A DNA stretch of 64,000 nt from Clostridia bacterium (GCA_900763885.1 CAAFLY010000247.1:383-64382), one strand, 5' to 3'; positions 28,244 through 38,094 are shown, numbered from the stretch's first letter. Numbers and translations: made by a program. Notes: generated by a model from the sequence alone, not told the origin.

Positions 28244-28948
28244 TTATTCCTCCAGCTCCAGGAATACGTCCTCGAGCGTGTCGTCGCCTTTGACCTCCGC
28301 CATCGTGCCGGAGCGGATCAGTCGACCGCCTTTGATGATCGCCACCTTGTCGCAGAGCTTTTCGGCGACCTCCAGAACGTGCGTCGAGAAGAAGATCGCG
28401 CCGCCGTCCGCGCAATGCTCGCGCATCATGCCCTTCAGGGTATGCGACGCGACCGGGTCCAGTCCCACAAACGGCTCGTCCATGAGGATCAGCCGCGGCG
28501 TATGGAGCCACGCAGAGAGAATCGCCAGCTTTTGCTTCATGCCGTGGGAGTACGCCGCGATCGGGTTCGCAAGATCGGCGGTCAGCGCGAACATCTCCGC
28601 GTATTTCGCGATCCGCGCGTCCCGCTCCGCCTTCGTCACCCCGAAAATGTCCGCGATGAAGTTCAGATACTTCTCGCCCGTCATAAAATCGTAAAGATCC
28701 GGATTGTCCGGGATGTACGCTAGCTGCTTCTTCGCCGAGAGCGGATCCGCCCGGACCGACACGCCGCAGACCGTGATCTCGCCCTCCTCAAACGGCAGAA
28801 TCCCCACCACGGCTTTCAGCGTCGTCGTCTTGCCCGCGCCGTTGTGGCCGATGAAGCCGTAGATCTCCCCGGGTGCGATGTGCAGCGACAGATCGTCCAC
28901 CGCCAGCTTCTCCCCGTACCGCTTTGTCAAATGTGTAATCGTCAGCAT
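28244..28948 (-). CDS. ABC transporter ATP-binding protein
   Basis: 234 aa from ATG 28948. Walker A GHNGAGKTT, signature YSHGMKQKL, Walker B LILMDEP. Confidence 0.9.
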   Translation of the reverse strand: MLTITHLTKRYGEKLAVDDLSLHIAPGEIYGFIGHNGAGKTTTLKAVVGILPFEEGEITVCGVSVRADPLSAKKQLAYIPDNPDLYDFMTGEKYLNFIADIFGVTKAERDARIAKYAEMFALTADLANPIAAYSHGMKQKLAILSAWLHTPRLILMDEPFVGLDPVASHTLKGMMREHCADGGAIFFSTHVLEVAEKLCDKVAIIKGGRLIRSGTMAEVKGDDTLEDVFLELEE

Positions 28949-28993
28949 ATGTTCTTCCCTTTCCGAGGATTTGCCCTCGTGTCCTATATCATA

Positions 28994-29022
28994 AGTATAC
29001 CACATCCGCTTCTCGAAGTCAA
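28994..29022 (-). promoter_or_regulatory. Sigma-A-type promoter for the ABC ATPase (TTGACT-17-TATACT)
   Basis: Minus strand: TTGACT (29022-29017), 17-nt spacer, TATACT (28999-28994). Confidence 0.55.
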
Positions 29023-29134
29023 TAGACCGCGTGTAAAATTCCCTTGATATTTTTGCGCATAAACGGCGGGATCCCGCGGCACACCGACCGGAAGGCCGAC
29101 CGCTCCGCCGCGAAACCCGTGCCATACCACTACC

Positions 29135-29172
29135 AAAAACACAGCGTATCCCGTCCGCGGAAATACGCTGTG
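29135..29172 (-). terminator. Intrinsic terminator after the SBP gene
   Basis: Minus strand: CACAGCGTAT-loop-ATACGCTGTG followed by TTTTTGG. Confidence 0.7.
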
Positions 29173-29196
29173 CTTTTCTGTGCTTATGTGTCCCGC

Positions 29197-30699
29197 TTAT
29201 TCGAGCGTCTCAAACGCCTCGAGCAGTGCGGGGAGCTTCTTTTCGGACAACTCGACCTTCTTTGCCAGCGTGGAGGCGCCCTTGGAGGTCTTCGAGTTGT
29301 TGATGTGGTTGCGCGGGATCTGGATCAGGTCGGCAAGGCTTGCGGAATATACGTAGCCGAAGTCGAAGCGCACGCCCGCGTGGATGAGATCGAGCATCTC
29401 CGCGGTGGCGGTGTCGCGCGCCAGCTTGCCCTTGATCGTCGTCTCATAGTACGCCAGCGTGCAGGTCCGGTACGATTCCGCGCACAGGGCCTCCAGGGTC
29501 GCCGCGGCGATATCCGGAGTGGCGCACGTCACCGGGATGCAGAACACGGAGAAGCCGTTGTGCGTGAAGCCGCAATAGTTCTGCTGTGCTTCGTCGTACT
29601 TCGGACACGGCAGGATCATGTAGTCCGCCTCCATGTCGCGCAGGGAGTCGGTCAGGCTCAGGCGGAAGATCGTCATCAGCGCGGTGTCGTCCATGAGCTT
29701 GTTCGCAAGATCGACGTACTCCTGCTTGATCGCGTAGTTGTTTTCGTAGAAGAGGACCTGCGCCTTTTCGATGAAGCCGATCGTCTTTTCGCTGTTGAAC
29801 ACGATCTTCAGCGTGTCTCCCTCGTTCTCGACCAGCGGAATGTCAAACGAACCGACCAGCGCGTCGTTGACGATGCCGACCGCGTCCCGGATGAAGCCGT
29901 AGATGTCGCCCACATCCGCCTTGCCGTCGCCGTTTACGTCGTGGTAGATGTCCGCAAGCCGGAGCACCTCGTCGTACGTCCAGCCGCCGGCGCGTACCGT
30001 TTCATACGGATCGTAGCCCGTGTGGTACTCGTTCAGCACGGATTTGTTCAGGATCGTCACGTATGTGCCGCGCAGCATCGTCTGGCTGATGTCGCCCGCC
30101 GCCATGTAGTTCTTGCCGTTCAGCGTGATCTGCTCGCGGAAGGACGGATTCCACCACGGCATTTCAAAATCGAGATACGGCTGCGCGTTCAGATTGAGAA
30201 AATACTGCTGCAGTACGTACGGCGTCATCTGGCTCATGTGGCTCGCGATGAGGTCGTACACGGGGTCGCCCGCGTTGATGGCAGCCGACATCAGTACCTT
30301 GATCTGGTCCATGCCGTGGATCTCATCGGTCGTTCCCACGTAGGTAAGCTTGACGTTCAGCCGATCCTCTACGGAGATGTTCCGGTTGAAGATGGAGGAA
30401 TCCACCACGTCGCCGGTGTTGTCCGCTGTGATCTCGACCTGCACGTCATGGTCCCCGCCGCGGTGGAGAATGCAGATCTCCTCGCCGCCGAAATCGAGAT
30501 CCATGGGCAGCGTGTCGGGCGTGTTTTCACGGCCCTGCACCGTCTCTTCCTCTTTTTCCGTATCCGTCGAGAGCGCCTCGGACGGCGTTGTTTCCGTGCC
30601 CTTGGTCTCGTCGCTCCCGCTCTGTCCGCAGCCGGTGAAGGTAAGGGAGGACGCGATCATCAGCGCCGCGAGAATCGTTACAAATGTAGCTTTTTTCAC
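29197..30699 (-). CDS. ABC-transporter solute-binding lipoprotein (tandem paralog A1)
   Basis: 500 aa; GTG start 30699 (RBS GGAG); lipobox FTGC; closely similar along its whole length to 30812-32311. Confidence 0.8.
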   Translation of the reverse strand: MKKATFVTILAALMIASSLTFTGCGQSGSDETKGTETTPSEALSTDTEKEEETVQGRENTPDTLPMDLDFGGEEICILHRGGDHDVQVEITADNTGDVVDSSIFNRNISVEDRLNVKLTYVGTTDEIHGMDQIKVLMSAAINAGDPVYDLIASHMSQMTPYVLQQYFLNLNAQPYLDFEMPWWNPSFREQITLNGKNYMAAGDISQTMLRGTYVTILNKSVLNEYHTGYDPYETVRAGGWTYDEVLRLADIYHDVNGDGKADVGDIYGFIRDAVGIVNDALVGSFDIPLVENEGDTLKIVFNSEKTIGFIEKAQVLFYENNYAIKQEYVDLANKLMDDTALMTIFRLSLTDSLRDMEADYMILPCPKYDEAQQNYCGFTHNGFSVFCIPVTCATPDIAAATLEALCAESYRTCTLAYYETTIKGKLARDTATAEMLDLIHAGVRFDFGYVYSASLADLIQIPRNHINNSKTSKGASTLAKKVELSEKKLPALLEAFETLE

Positions 30700-30720
30700 A
30701 ATTTTCTACTCCTTTTATTC

Positions 30721-30777
30721 AAAAAACGCCTGTGGTATTGCCAAATCAAGTATACCACAGGCGTTTGATTTTGTCAA
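30721..30777 (-). promoter_or_regulatory. Overlapping terminator hairpin and TTGACA-17-TATACT promoter
   Basis: Minus strand: TTGACA (30777-30772), TATACT (30754-30749). A 14-bp stem AACGCCTGTGGTAT/ATACCACAGGCGTT plus TTTTTT spans 30766-30721. Confidence 0.6.
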
Positions 30778-30811
30778 GGTGTCCGGAAAAATTGCGAATG
30801 TGAATCCCGCA

Positions 30812-32311
30812 TTATTTCAACTCGTCAAAGGCGGCGAGCAGCTCCGGCAGCTTTGCCTCGGACAGCGCGACCTTCGTAGCCAGAATGGACGCGCCCTTGG
30901 AGGTCTGATTGTTGTTGATGTGGCTGCGCGGGATCTGGATGATGTTCTCCAGGCTTGCGGAATATACGTAGCCGAAGTCGAAGCGGATGCCCTCGTGGAT
31001 GAGGTCGATCATCTCCGCAGTCTCCCCGTCGCGCGCCAGCTTGCCCTTGACCGTCGTTTCGTAGTACGCCATCGTGCAGTGCCGGTACGATTCCGCGCAC
31101 AGTGCCTCCAGCGTCGCCGCGGAGATGTCCGGATTGGCGGCGCTCACCGGAATGCAGAATACGGAGAAGCCGTTGTGCGTGAAGCCGCAGTATTTCTGCT
31201 GTGCCTCGTCGTACTTCGGGCAGGGCAGGATCATGTAGTCCGCTTCCATGTCGCGCAGTGCCTCGGTCAGGCTCAGACGGTAGATCACCATGAGCGCGGT
31301 GTCGTCCATGAGCTTGTTCTGCAGCTGATCGAATTCCTGCGAGATCGCGTAATTGTTCGTGTAGCACAGCGTCTGCATCCGTTCGATGAAATTGATGGTC
31401 TTTTCGCTGTTGAATACGACCTTCAGACCGCTGCCGTCGTTTGTCACAAGCGGAATGTCGAACGAGCCGATCAGCGCGTCGTTGACGATACCGATCCGGT
31501 CGCGGATGACGCCGTAAATGTCGTTCTCATCCGCCTTGCCGTCGCCGTTTACGTCGTGGTACATATCCGCCAGACGGAGGAATTCGTCAAACGTCCAGCC
31601 GCCGGAGCGCACCGTATCGTAGACGTCGTATCCGTTGTAATATTCGTCCAAAACGGCCTTGTTCATGATCGTTACATACGTGCCGCGCAGCATCGTCTGG
31701 CTGATGTCGCCCGCCGCCATGTAGTTCTTGCCGTTCAGCGTGACCTGCTCCTTGAAGGACTGGCTCCACCACGGCATATCGAAATCGAGGTACGGCTGCG
31801 CGTACAGATTGTAGAAATGCTGCGTCAGCACCAGCGGCGTGGTCTGGCTCATGTGGTTCGCGAACAGATCGTATACCGGATCGCCTGCCGCCACCGCCGC
31901 CTTGACCAGATCGTTCGTCGTGGGACCGTTGTGGATGTCGTCCGTGGTCGGCTCGTACTGCAGCTTGATGTTCAGCCGGTCCTCCACAGCGATGTTCCGG
32001 TTGAAGATGGAGGAATCCACCACGTCGCCGGTGTCCTCCGCCGTGATCTCGACCTGCACGTCATGATCGCCGCCGCGGTACAGGATCCGGATGTCCTCGC
32101 CGCCGAAATCGAGATCCGCGGGCAGGGTGTCGGGCGTGTTTTCGCGGGTGATCTCACCGTCGTCGATGCTCTCCGATTCGGATTCCGGCGCGGTCTCTGT
32201 CTTTTTCGTCTCTGTTTCTTCCTCGTTCCCACCCTGTCCGCAGGCGGTCATCCCAACCGCGGACGCGAGCATCAGCCCGGCAAGAATCGCAGAAAATACT
32301 GCCTTTTTCAT
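30812..32311 (-). CDS. ABC-transporter solute-binding lipoprotein (tandem paralog A2)
   Basis: 499 aa from ATG 32311 (RBS GGAG); lipobox MTAC. Confidence 0.8.
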   Translation of the reverse strand: MKKAVFSAILAGLMLASAVGMTACGQGGNEEETETKKTETAPESESESIDDGEITRENTPDTLPADLDFGGEDIRILYRGGDHDVQVEITAEDTGDVVDSSIFNRNIAVEDRLNIKLQYEPTTDDIHNGPTTNDLVKAAVAAGDPVYDLFANHMSQTTPLVLTQHFYNLYAQPYLDFDMPWWSQSFKEQVTLNGKNYMAAGDISQTMLRGTYVTIMNKAVLDEYYNGYDVYDTVRSGGWTFDEFLRLADMYHDVNGDGKADENDIYGVIRDRIGIVNDALIGSFDIPLVTNDGSGLKVVFNSEKTINFIERMQTLCYTNNYAISQEFDQLQNKLMDDTALMVIYRLSLTEALRDMEADYMILPCPKYDEAQQKYCGFTHNGFSVFCIPVSAANPDISAATLEALCAESYRHCTMAYYETTVKGKLARDGETAEMIDLIHEGIRFDFGYVYSASLENIIQIPRSHINNNQTSKGASILATKVALSEAKLPELLAAFDELK

Positions 32312-32422
32312 ACGTTGCTCCTTCATGGCATTCCGCGGGAATACGCTGTCATACCGTCTTCTTTGTGCAAAAATCCGACATATCCAAAGCGCATTCTCCG
32401 TTATTTTGTTGTGTGCACCTGT

Positions 32423-32451
32423 AGTATAGCACAGCGAGCGACACTTGTCAA
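32423..32451 (-). promoter_or_regulatory. Sigma-A-type promoter (TTGACA-17-TATACT)
   Basis: Minus strand: TTGACA (32451-32446), 17-nt spacer, TATACT (32428-32423). Confidence 0.55.
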
Positions 32452-32515
32452 CGTGCATTTCCCAAAAACTGCTACAAAAAACGTTTCTGTTTTTGAGATT
32501 CTGACGGCACGGGAC

Positions 32516-32560
32516 AAAAAATCCCCCGCAGGATCGCCGTAGCGGAGATTCTGCGGGAGA
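32516..32560 (-). terminator. Intrinsic terminator after the oxidoreductase gene
   Basis: Minus strand: TCCCGCAGAATC..GATCCTGCGGGGGA followed by TTTTTT. Confidence 0.65.
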
Positions 32561-32608
32561 TGGTTTTCGCGAAACAGCCCTGTGCCGGCATTATTTCGGA
32601 ACGCGTCC

Positions 32609-33700
32609 TTAGATTTCCGGGATCTCGATCTTGATCTCCTGTCTTTCGCGCGCGGAGATAAGCATGGCGTCGATGATCGCCTGGTTGTAGATGATCTGGC
32701 TCGTCGGAATCGGCGCCGCGCGATGCTCCTTCACGGCGTCCACAAAATCGCGTACCTTCATCGTGAAGATGTTGTAGTTCGTCTTCTCCAGAGACAGCGG
32801 GGTCGTGACCGGTTCGCCGCACTGGTCATGCATGAGGTACAGACCGGAGATCGTGCCGTCGATGATGGAGCCCCACAGCGGATTCGGCTGCGGTGCCGTC
32901 GCCTTCAGACCCGCGTCCGTGCCGAGGATCACAAAGTCGGAGCAGATGTCCATGTGCATCGCCCATGCCATGCGGTAGTCTAAGATGATGTCGCCCTCCA
33001 GACGGATGAACGCCGCGGAGAAATCGTCCACGGAGAAGCGGTCCGATTCTTCGTAGTACTTCGGGTTCTTTCCGAAATAGTCGCTCGTGTACGCGGATAC
33101 GGACAGCGGCTTCGGATAGCCGATCGAGTTGAGCGAAAGATCGAGGGAATAGCAGCCAAGGTCGCCGATTGCGCCGAATACCGCCTTGTCCTTCTCAATG
33201 AACGTGCTGCCCGGAATCCCGCGCCGACGGCTGCCGCCGATCTGCACATAGTATACCTTGCCCAGCTCGCCGGATTCCACGATCCGCTTGATCTTTCTGC
33301 AGTTGTTGTTGTACCGCGGCTGGAAGCCGATGGTCAGGATCTTGCCGCTCTTTTTCTCCGCGCGCATGATCGCAAGCCCTTCCTCCAGCGTTACACACAT
33401 CGGCTTCTCCAATAGTACGTGCTTGCCCGATTCCAGCGCCGCAATCGCACAGACCGCGTGCTGACTGTTGTACGTGCAGATGGATACCGCGTCAATGTCG
33501 TCCCGCCTGCACAATTCCTCGCAGGAGTCGTACGCCGTCGCGTTCGTCCAGCCAAACCGGTCGAGGAATGCCCGCGCCTTGCCCGGAATGATGTCCGCGC
33601 CCGCTACAACCTCTACGTCGTCAAACGATTGGTACGCGCTCGCGTGAGAATGCGCGATTCCGCCTGTGCCGATGATGCCTATGCGTAATTTTTCTGCCAT
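32609..33700 (-). CDS. Gfo/Idh/MocA-family NAD(P)-dependent oxidoreductase
   Basis: 363 aa; Rossmann N-terminus LRIGIIGTGGIAHSH; EKP motif (LLEKPM). Confidence 0.85.
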   Translation of the reverse strand: MAEKLRIGIIGTGGIAHSHASAYQSFDDVEVVAGADIIPGKARAFLDRFGWTNATAYDSCEELCRRDDIDAVSICTYNSQHAVCAIAALESGKHVLLEKPMCVTLEEGLAIMRAEKKSGKILTIGFQPRYNNNCRKIKRIVESGELGKVYYVQIGGSRRRGIPGSTFIEKDKAVFGAIGDLGCYSLDLSLNSIGYPKPLSVSAYTSDYFGKNPKYYEESDRFSVDDFSAAFIRLEGDIILDYRMAWAMHMDICSDFVILGTDAGLKATAPQPNPLWGSIIDGTISGLYLMHDQCGEPVTTPLSLEKTNYNIFTMKVRDFVDAVKEHRAAPIPTSQIIYNQAIIDAMLISARERQEIKIEIPEI

Positions 33701-33729
33701 TTTTGTAAACCTCCGTGATTGTAGGAAAT

Positions 33730-34007
33730 GATACGGTCGCTTTTGAGAACGAACCCTCTCGCCCCAGCGCCCGCAAAGCTTTTGTACATAAATGGGTTGT
33801 ATTGCAAGTGTGCAAGTCTGGACAAAGTAAACGAAATTTGCCCAGACAGCACGCTGTGTAACAAAGAATACCGCCTACCATAAGACGGAGCAGACGCAAA
33901 CCGAAAGAACCAAATCCCCTTATGAAAATCGCACAAATTATACCCTGTCCTTTTTCATAAAAGTTTTGCGGAGCTTTTTCAAAAGCGACCGTTCCCCTCG
34001 TTCCCCC
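33730..34007. repeat. Short (about 280 bp) paired copy of the element
   Basis: Left arm GATACGGTCGCTTTTGAGAACGAAC..CGCAAAGCTTTTGTACATAAATGGG..GTGTGCAAGTCTGG. Right arm TTCATAAAAGTTTTGCGGAGCTTTTTCAAAAGCGACCGTTCCCCTCGTTCCCCC ends on the nt before the SBP stop (34008). Confidence 0.8.
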
Positions 34008-35456
34008 TCACTGCAGCTGCGCAAATGCCTCAGCGGCGGCAGCCATCGCGGCTTCGGCTTTGGGCTTGACTTTTTCCCATCTGGAGACGAAGTCGGTGTT
34101 TTTGGACTGGAACATACTGGTAATCATTTCCGCGGAATTGCCCCAGTTGAAGATCAGACCGAGGTCGTATACGCGGGTCGCGAAGAGGATGTCGAGCATC
34201 TCGCCGGATTCCTCGTCGCGGACGTAGCGGGATTTGAGCGCGCTGTCGTAATAGGCGGCGGTCAGGGTGTCAACGGCGTAATACGCCATCGCCTCAAGGG
34301 TCGCGCCGGTCATTTCGAGGTCGGTATTGTTGTAGGGAATGCTGGCGGTCGGCACAAGCCCGGTGCTGATCAGGTTGTTGTATTCGGCCTGCGCCTCGTC
34401 GTACATCGGATAGGGGAGGATGCCAAAGCCGTATTCCGAATCGCGCAGTCCGCTGATGTCCGTCAGAGCGAATGTGACGAACAGCACGCGCCCCTCGTTG
34501 AACATTTCCGTCGCGGTCGTGTAGTCCGGACAGTGCAGCGCGTCCTCGCCGAGACAGAGCTTGAAGGTCTTTTCCATCACGTCCGCACAGCGGGATGAGC
34601 CGAAGCCGAACTGCAGATTGCCGTCCGCGTCTCTGTCCACGATCCGTTCCCCGGACGCGATGTAGAACGATACCGGCGCGTTGAACGCCGCGGTCATGCC
34701 CCACGCGTCCTTGCTTGTCATTTTGCCGTCGCCGTCCACGTCATGGGTCACAGCGGACGCCAGCTCCCCGACCTTGTCGATCGTCCACCTCTTCTCGCGC
34801 ACCAGCTCGTACGGGCTCTCGAGGGAGTAGTCCGTGATGAGGTCCTTGTTGAAAAACATGACCATCGTGCATTCGTTGTCGAGGATGGAAATATCCCCCG
34901 TCGAGAAGAACACTTTGTTCGCGATCACCATGTCCTTCGTCACACGACCGTCCCACCACGGCTTCTCCAGCGCCAGATACGGCACCGCGGACAAATCCGT
35001 CAAAAGGCCCTCGGTGGCGAGATCGATGGCGCGGTTCATGTACGGCATCACTACGTCAAACGTCGTGTCCCCGGCGACGAGATTGCTGCGCGCGACCTTT
35101 TCCGCGTCCGGCTGCTTCGATTCCGCGATCCGTACGCCGAGCGCCTTTTCCACCTGCCCGTTGCGCACGAATACCGCGTCGTTGAGCAGCTGCCCGTTCA
35201 TCTCGTCCGTGTAGATCTCGTAGCAGGAGTATTGATCCAGACCCGCGTTCTGCACCGTCAGGAACATCACGTCCGCGTCGCCGTAGTTTTTGTCCGGCAG
35301 CTCCACCGTGATCTCCGTTTCGACAGGCGCGGTATCGGCAGCCGTGTCTGCACCGGGCGCAATGCCGTCGGTTTCAGACTCCGTTTTGCCGCCCGAGCAG
35401 GCAGTCAGCAGCATGGCGGCAAGAAGAAGGGAGAGAATGCGTTTGGTCGGTTTCAT
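34008..35456 (-). CDS. ABC-transporter solute-binding lipoprotein (tandem paralog B1)
   Basis: 482 aa from ATG 35456; lipobox LTAC; closely similar to 35582-37027. Confidence 0.8.
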   Translation of the reverse strand: MKPTKRILSLLLAAMLLTACSGGKTESETDGIAPGADTAADTAPVETEITVELPDKNYGDADVMFLTVQNAGLDQYSCYEIYTDEMNGQLLNDAVFVRNGQVEKALGVRIAESKQPDAEKVARSNLVAGDTTFDVVMPYMNRAIDLATEGLLTDLSAVPYLALEKPWWDGRVTKDMVIANKVFFSTGDISILDNECTMVMFFNKDLITDYSLESPYELVREKRWTIDKVGELASAVTHDVDGDGKMTSKDAWGMTAAFNAPVSFYIASGERIVDRDADGNLQFGFGSSRCADVMEKTFKLCLGEDALHCPDYTTATEMFNEGRVLFVTFALTDISGLRDSEYGFGILPYPMYDEAQAEYNNLISTGLVPTASIPYNNTDLEMTGATLEAMAYYAVDTLTAAYYDSALKSRYVRDEESGEMLDILFATRVYDLGLIFNWGNSAEMITSMFQSKNTDFVSRWEKVKPKAEAAMAAAAEAFAQLQ

Positions 35457-35498
35457 GATAAAGCCTCGTTTTTCTATGATGATACAGATACTCCTATC

Positions 35499-35527
35499 AG
35501 GATAGCAGATTCCGCCGTGTTTGTCAA
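35499..35527 (-). promoter_or_regulatory. Sigma-A-type promoter (TTGACA-17-TATCCT)
   Basis: Minus strand: TTGACA (35527-35522), 17-nt spacer, TATCCT (35504-35499). Confidence 0.45.
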
Positions 35528-35581
35528 GAGGTTGCGCGAAATTCATTCCTTTTTACCCCACCTGCCCCCTCCCATATGGGG

Positions 35582-37027
35582 TTACCGCGGCGCATCGAAG
35601 GTTTCCATCGCGTCGGCAAGAGCCGCTTCGGATTTGGCGCGTATGCTCTCCCACTGCGACACAATGTCGGTTTGCTTCTTTTTGTACATATTGTTTATGA
35701 TGTCGCCCGATCCGCCCCAGTTGAAGATAAAGCCAAGGTCGTATACACGCGTCGCGAAGAGAATGTCGAGCATCTCGCCGGACTGCTCGTCGCGTATGTA
35801 GCGGGATTTCAGCGCGTTGTCATAGTACGCCGTCGTCAGCGTGTCTACGGAATAGTACGCCATCGCTTCCAGCGCCGCGCCGGTCATTTCCGGATCCACA
35901 CTGTTGCTCGGCACGCTCGCCGTCGGTACAAGGACGGTGCTGATCAGATTGTTGTACTCCGGCTGCGCCTCGTTGAACAGCGGATACGGCAGGATCCCGA
36001 AGCCGTATTCACAGTCGCGCAGTCCGTTCAGATTCGTCAGCGCAAAGGACGCGAGAAGCGTTCTGCCCTCCTGGAACATCAGATTCCTCGTCTGATACGA
36101 CGCGCCGTACAACGCGTCCTCCCCGAGACAGAGCGCCATCACCTTCGTGAATACGTCCACGCTCCGGTCGGTGCCGAGACAGAACCGCAGTTCCCCGTCC
36201 TCGCCCATCGTCACAATCCGCTCGCCCGCGCCGAAATAGAACGCGTTCGCCGCATTTTCCACGACCGGCATGCCCCATGCGTCCGCGTCCGTCATCTTTC
36301 CGTCGCCGTCCAGATCCTGCGTCACAGCGGACGCCATCTCTCCGAGCTTGTCCATCGTCCACTTTTTCTCACGCACCAACGTGTACGGATCGTCCAGACC
36401 ATACTTTTTTACGATGTCCTTGTTGAAAAACAGCACCATCGTGCATTCGTTGTCGAGAATGGAGATGTCCCCCGTCGAGAAATAGAGCTTGCCGGCGATG
36501 GTCATGTCCTCCGTCACACGCCTGTCCCACCACGGCTTTTCCAGCGCCAGATACGGCACCGACCGCAGCTCCATCAAAAAGCCCTCCGTCGTCAGCGATA
36601 TGGCCTTGTTCATGTACGGCATCACCACGTCGTACGCTGTGTCTCCGGCTGTCAGGCTCTTTTTCGCCACCGTCTCGACGTTTTCGAGCTTCGTTTCCGC
36701 GATTCGAATGCCGAGCGCTTGCTCCACCAGTCCGTTGCGCACAAATACCGCGTCGTTGATGAGCGTGCCGTTCATCTCGTCCGCGTAGATTTCGTAGCAT
36801 GTGTACTGATCCGCCGTGTTTTTCGACGTGAGGAACATCACCTCCGCGTCGCCGTAGTTTTTGTCCGGCAGCTCCACCGTGATCTCCGTTTCGACAGGAG
36901 CAGTCTCGATCGGCCCGGTCGGCACACCCCCGCCATTCTCACTTTCGTCAGCCGGATTCCCGCCGGAGCAGGAAGCGAGCGTCAGTGCGACAAGGAGCAG
37001 TACTGCCATGCGTTTGGAATGCTTCAT
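35582..37027 (-). CDS. ABC-transporter solute-binding lipoprotein (tandem paralog B2)
   Basis: 481 aa; lipobox LASC; RBS GGGAGGAAG. Confidence 0.8.
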   Translation of the reverse strand: MKHSKRMAVLLLVALTLASCSGGNPADESENGGGVPTGPIETAPVETEITVELPDKNYGDAEVMFLTSKNTADQYTCYEIYADEMNGTLINDAVFVRNGLVEQALGIRIAETKLENVETVAKKSLTAGDTAYDVVMPYMNKAISLTTEGFLMELRSVPYLALEKPWWDRRVTEDMTIAGKLYFSTGDISILDNECTMVLFFNKDIVKKYGLDDPYTLVREKKWTMDKLGEMASAVTQDLDGDGKMTDADAWGMPVVENAANAFYFGAGERIVTMGEDGELRFCLGTDRSVDVFTKVMALCLGEDALYGASYQTRNLMFQEGRTLLASFALTNLNGLRDCEYGFGILPYPLFNEAQPEYNNLISTVLVPTASVPSNSVDPEMTGAALEAMAYYSVDTLTTAYYDNALKSRYIRDEQSGEMLDILFATRVYDLGFIFNWGGSGDIINNMYKKKQTDIVSQWESIRAKSEAALADAMETFDAPR

Positions 37028-37065
37028 TACACTTCCTCCCTATTCCAGATATCCCCCCTGTCTTT

Positions 37066-37094
37066 ATCATACCAAACGCGCGCGGGTTTGTCAA
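37066..37094 (-). promoter_or_regulatory. Sigma-A-type promoter (TTGACA-17-TATGAT)
   Basis: Minus strand: TTGACA (37094-37089), 17-nt spacer, TATGAT (37071-37066). Confidence 0.5.
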
Positions 37095-37143
37095 CCGCTT
37101 TCGTGTATTTTGCCTTTTTTATTTCGTTTAGCTACATCTGTCA

Positions 37144-38070
37144 CTATTTCATCAGCCAGCGGTCGAGGAAGCGATAGCCCTGCTCGCGTGCGTCCCGGGG
37201 CGGGCGGTGTCCTGCCACGTGATGGAGGAACAATAGCCTGCCGTCCGTGTTCGCCGCGTATTCCGGCACCTTTTCGAGCATCGCCAGACTGTCCGCGTCG
37301 TCGTATTGCCCCGCCAGCAGACAGAGCGGTTTTGCCCCGCCTGCCGCCGCAAGCTGTGCGTGATCCATCCCCCGCGAGACAAGTGTGTCCAGACGTGCGC
37401 CCCAGTACCAGTCGTCGCGCCAGTTGGTCTGCTCCCAGCCGATGCCGAAATCCGAGCAGAGCAGCACGGAAATGCGCGCGTCGAGGCAGCCCGCGTAAAA
37501 CGCCATCTTTCCGCCGAGCGAATGGCCCGCAATCCCGATCCGGCGTGCGTCCACCCGCGGATCCTCTGCCAGCGCGTCCGTCAGCAGCACCGTATCCGCG
37601 ACGAGCTTCCCCATTCCCGTCCAATGCGGATGATCGCGGTGCAGCGCGTCGGCACTGTCCTGCCAGCGGGAAAAATCATCGCGCGCCTTGTCGGAGAGGC
37701 GGTAGGTCAGATGATACGCGTCGGCGGTGGCGGCGGCATATCCGCGTGCGGCAAGCTCGAGAAGCATGGGGATCTCCGCGAACGACGGAAGGGACTCCCC
37801 CGTCGCCGGATCGAGCGCGAGCATTGCCTCCGGATAATAAAACGGCACCACAACGGCGGGCAGCGGTCCGTCAATCCCCTCCGGAAATACCTTGCATACG
37901 CGCTGTGCGGTCCCCGGCCCGTTCGCCTGCAGCCACATCTCCACACGCACGGTCCTTGCCGGATCCCGCGTCGGTATGTGCGGATACACGCAAAGGCGCG
38001 TCATGGAGGCACAGAAGCTGTATCTCTCCGGCTGCCCGAGCGCGTCAAGCCAATCCTGTAGGGTTGTCAT
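37144..38070 (-). CDS. Alpha/beta hydrolase (putative carbohydrate esterase / dienelactone-hydrolase-like)
   Basis: 308 aa; nucleophile elbow GHSLGG; RBS AGGAGGAAA. Confidence 0.65.
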   Translation of the reverse strand: MTTLQDWLDALGQPERYSFCASMTRLCVYPHIPTRDPARTVRVEMWLQANGPGTAQRVCKVFPEGIDGPLPAVVVPFYYPEAMLALDPATGESLPSFAEIPMLLELAARGYAAATADAYHLTYRLSDKARDDFSRWQDSADALHRDHPHWTGMGKLVADTVLLTDALAEDPRVDARRIGIAGHSLGGKMAFYAGCLDARISVLLCSDFGIGWEQTNWRDDWYWGARLDTLVSRGMDHAQLAAAGGAKPLCLLAGQYDDADSLAMLEKVPEYAANTDGRLLFLHHVAGHRPPRDAREQGYRFLDRWLMK

Positions 38071-38094
38071 GTCCGTTTCCTCCTGTCATAACGA

